Of a stretch of DNA of 64,000 bases, positions 62,413 through 64,000 are shown piece after piece. The position numbers and the translations under genes are program-made. Source of the stretch: Lepidodermella squamata (Eukaryota; Animalia; Gastrotricha); assembly GCA_047495785.1 (NCBI GenBank), contig JBLDXI010000028.1, forward strand, positions 992,001 to 1,056,000, read 5' to 3'. The notes beneath the pieces were generated by a model that was not told the origin of the DNA, did no database searches, and saw nothing but the letters and a program-made list of their open reading frames with translations. How positions within the stretch are numbered: position 1 is the first letter of the stretch; each line of letters begins with the position of its first letter.

Positions 62413-63981
62413 ATGCTTGCTGGCTCGAGAGCGGTGAGCTTAGCTCACTGTCGTCGTGTTTCGCCTGGTTTAACATCGTCCTGGATCTCTACCAGCTCGC
62501 ATCGTGCCAGTAAATCCTCAGATGGGTCAAAGGGCGATGAGAAGCCTCCAGGTGCTGAGCTTCCCAATTGGGTACCTCAATGGAAAGGTTCTAGACAACC
62601 TGGGGCGGAAGAATACAAAAGTCCGATAAAAATGTTTGGAGATGAGTTCAAATCATGGCGTAGCAGCTCCATGGAAGTCGATGGGCTTGTCAGAGTTCCT
62701 CGTGAGACTGATGTTCTGATAATAGGAGGTGGACTTGTTGGACAGGCCATTGCATACTTTCTGAAGCGTGAGCATCGCCGTGCAATCAAGATAACAATTG
62801 TGGAACGCGATCCTTCTCACAAAATATCTTCTTCTGCGCTATCGGTCGCGAGCATTCGGCAGCAATTCAGCTTGCCAGAAAATGTTCAACTTTCATTGTT
62901 TGGCGCTGACTTCCTGCGCAGGTCGAACGAGTTCTTGGGTGTGGAAGGTCTCGAACCTGTTAGTGTTCCGTTTCATCATGCTGGTTACATGTTTTTGGCC
63001 GAAACTGATAACGGGGCGGCAACTCTCGAGAGAAATGTTAAAATGCAACGTGATCTTGGTGCTGTCGTTACACTGTTGGCTGCCAATGAAATCAAAAAGC
63101 GGTTTCCTTGGATGAATGTCGATAACATCAAGCTCGGCTCTCTCGGTTTGGAGAACGAAGGATACTTTGATCAATGGGCCTTGATGGGTGCTCTCAAAAT
63201 GCGAAATTTGGCTTGGGGTGTTCGTTATGTCCACGGTGATGTTGTTGGCTTCGAGTTTGCAAAAGCACCCGACATCCGAGGCAACAATGAGCCCGTTCAA
63301 GCAAGTAAAGCCATCATCACTGATCTGTCACCAGATGCTGAGCACAAAACAGAACATGCTACCAAGTTTTGGAAAGCAATCGTCGCTACTGGCGCTTGGT
63401 CAGGATCACTTGCGGCGAAGCTTGGAGTTGGTCGACCGGATGGACCACCTGATTGCCAACACGCTCTGCCTATTGAGCCACGTAAGCGTTATGTTTATGT
63501 TGTCCGCTGCCCTAAAGGTCCTGGCTTGGAAACTCCTATGGTAATTGACCCCTCTGGTTTGTACTTCCGCCGCGAGGGTTACGGTGGTCATTACTTATGC
63601 GGTAAAAGCCCCGACGAGAACGAACCTGAGCCCGACCCGAATGATCTAAGCGTTGATGAAAGCTATTTCCTGGAAACCTTGTGGCCGATTTTGGCAAAAA
63701 GAGCACCTTGCTTTGAAGAATGCAAGATCACTTCGTCATGGGCTGGCTACTACGACTACAATTATTTCGACCAAAACCTGGTGATAGGTCCACATCCTCA
63801 TTTCAAAAATGTCATCTTCGCTTGTGGTTTGAGCGGTCACGGTATTCAACACGCTGTCGGTGTCGGTCGGGCTGTTTCTGAGCTAATTTATTACGACAAG
63901 TACCAGACAATCGATCTGAGTCGCTTCCAATTCGATCGCATAATTGCAGGTCGCCCCCTGTTTGAAGAGGGCATTGTTTGA
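62413..63981 (+). CDS. FOXRED1: FAD-dependent oxidoreductase domain-containing protein 1 (complex I assembly factor)
   Basis: Ser/Arg-rich presequence, GGGLVG FAD motif, IRQQFSLPENVQLS, WAGYYDYNYFDQN, GHGIQHAVGVGRAVSEL and QTIDLS; intronless. Confidence 0.93.
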   Translation: MLAGSRAVSLAHCRRVSPGLTSSWISTSSHRASKSSDGSKGDEKPPGAELPNWVPQWKGSRQPGAEEYKSPIKMFGDEFKSWRSSSMEVDGLVRVPRETDVLIIGGGLVGQAIAYFLKREHRRAIKITIVERDPSHKISSSALSVASIRQQFSLPENVQLSLFGADFLRRSNEFLGVEGLEPVSVPFHHAGYMFLAETDNGAATLERNVKMQRDLGAVVTLLAANEIKKRFPWMNVDNIKLGSLGLENEGYFDQWALMGALKMRNLAWGVRYVHGDVVGFEFAKAPDIRGNNEPVQASKAIITDLSPDAEHKTEHATKFWKAIVATGAWSGSLAAKLGVGRPDGPPDCQHALPIEPRKRYVYVVRCPKGPGLETPMVIDPSGLYFRREGYGGHYLCGKSPDENEPEPDPNDLSVDESYFLETLWPILAKRAPCFEECKITSSWAGYYDYNYFDQNLVIGPHPHFKNVIFACGLSGHGIQHAVGVGRAVSELIYYDKYQTIDLSRFQFDRIIAGRPLFEEGIV

Positions 63982-64000
63982 AAAACTACCGGTGCCATTC

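Overview
Gene-dense eukaryotic DNA from a compact invertebrate genome with short (about 50 nt) GT-AG introns; the species cannot be determined. Two housekeeping blocks (CEP120 partial, RRP9, RPS17, MFF, basigin, COPE on the left; IQCC, PSMD14, FOXRED1 on the right) flank an accessory interval. That interval holds divergent Cys-loop receptor genes, an LDLa-only secreted protein, a UGT, two tRNA-Leu(TAA) genes, a truncated Ty3/Gypsy element, and a transposon-saturated tandem duplication at about 36.7-56.8 kb. The best candidate for a new system is the pair of intronless duplicated genes at 38705-40081 and 55282-56655. Each fuses an LRAT/PLAAT-type (permuted NlpC/P60, H-box/NC-box) thiol hydrolase domain to a GIMAP/AIG1-like GTPase, and copy 1 ends in a CaaX motif. 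The paralogs differ almost only by amino-acid-changing substitutions in the N-terminal region counted, which suggests a fast-evolving membrane-attack immune effector. Other notable structures are a piggyBac shell whose transposase core is replaced by a pogo-type transposase, a MITE carrying five nested insertions, and gene spacing that suggests operons with trans-splicing. All family calls come from motif recognition by eye, not database searches.
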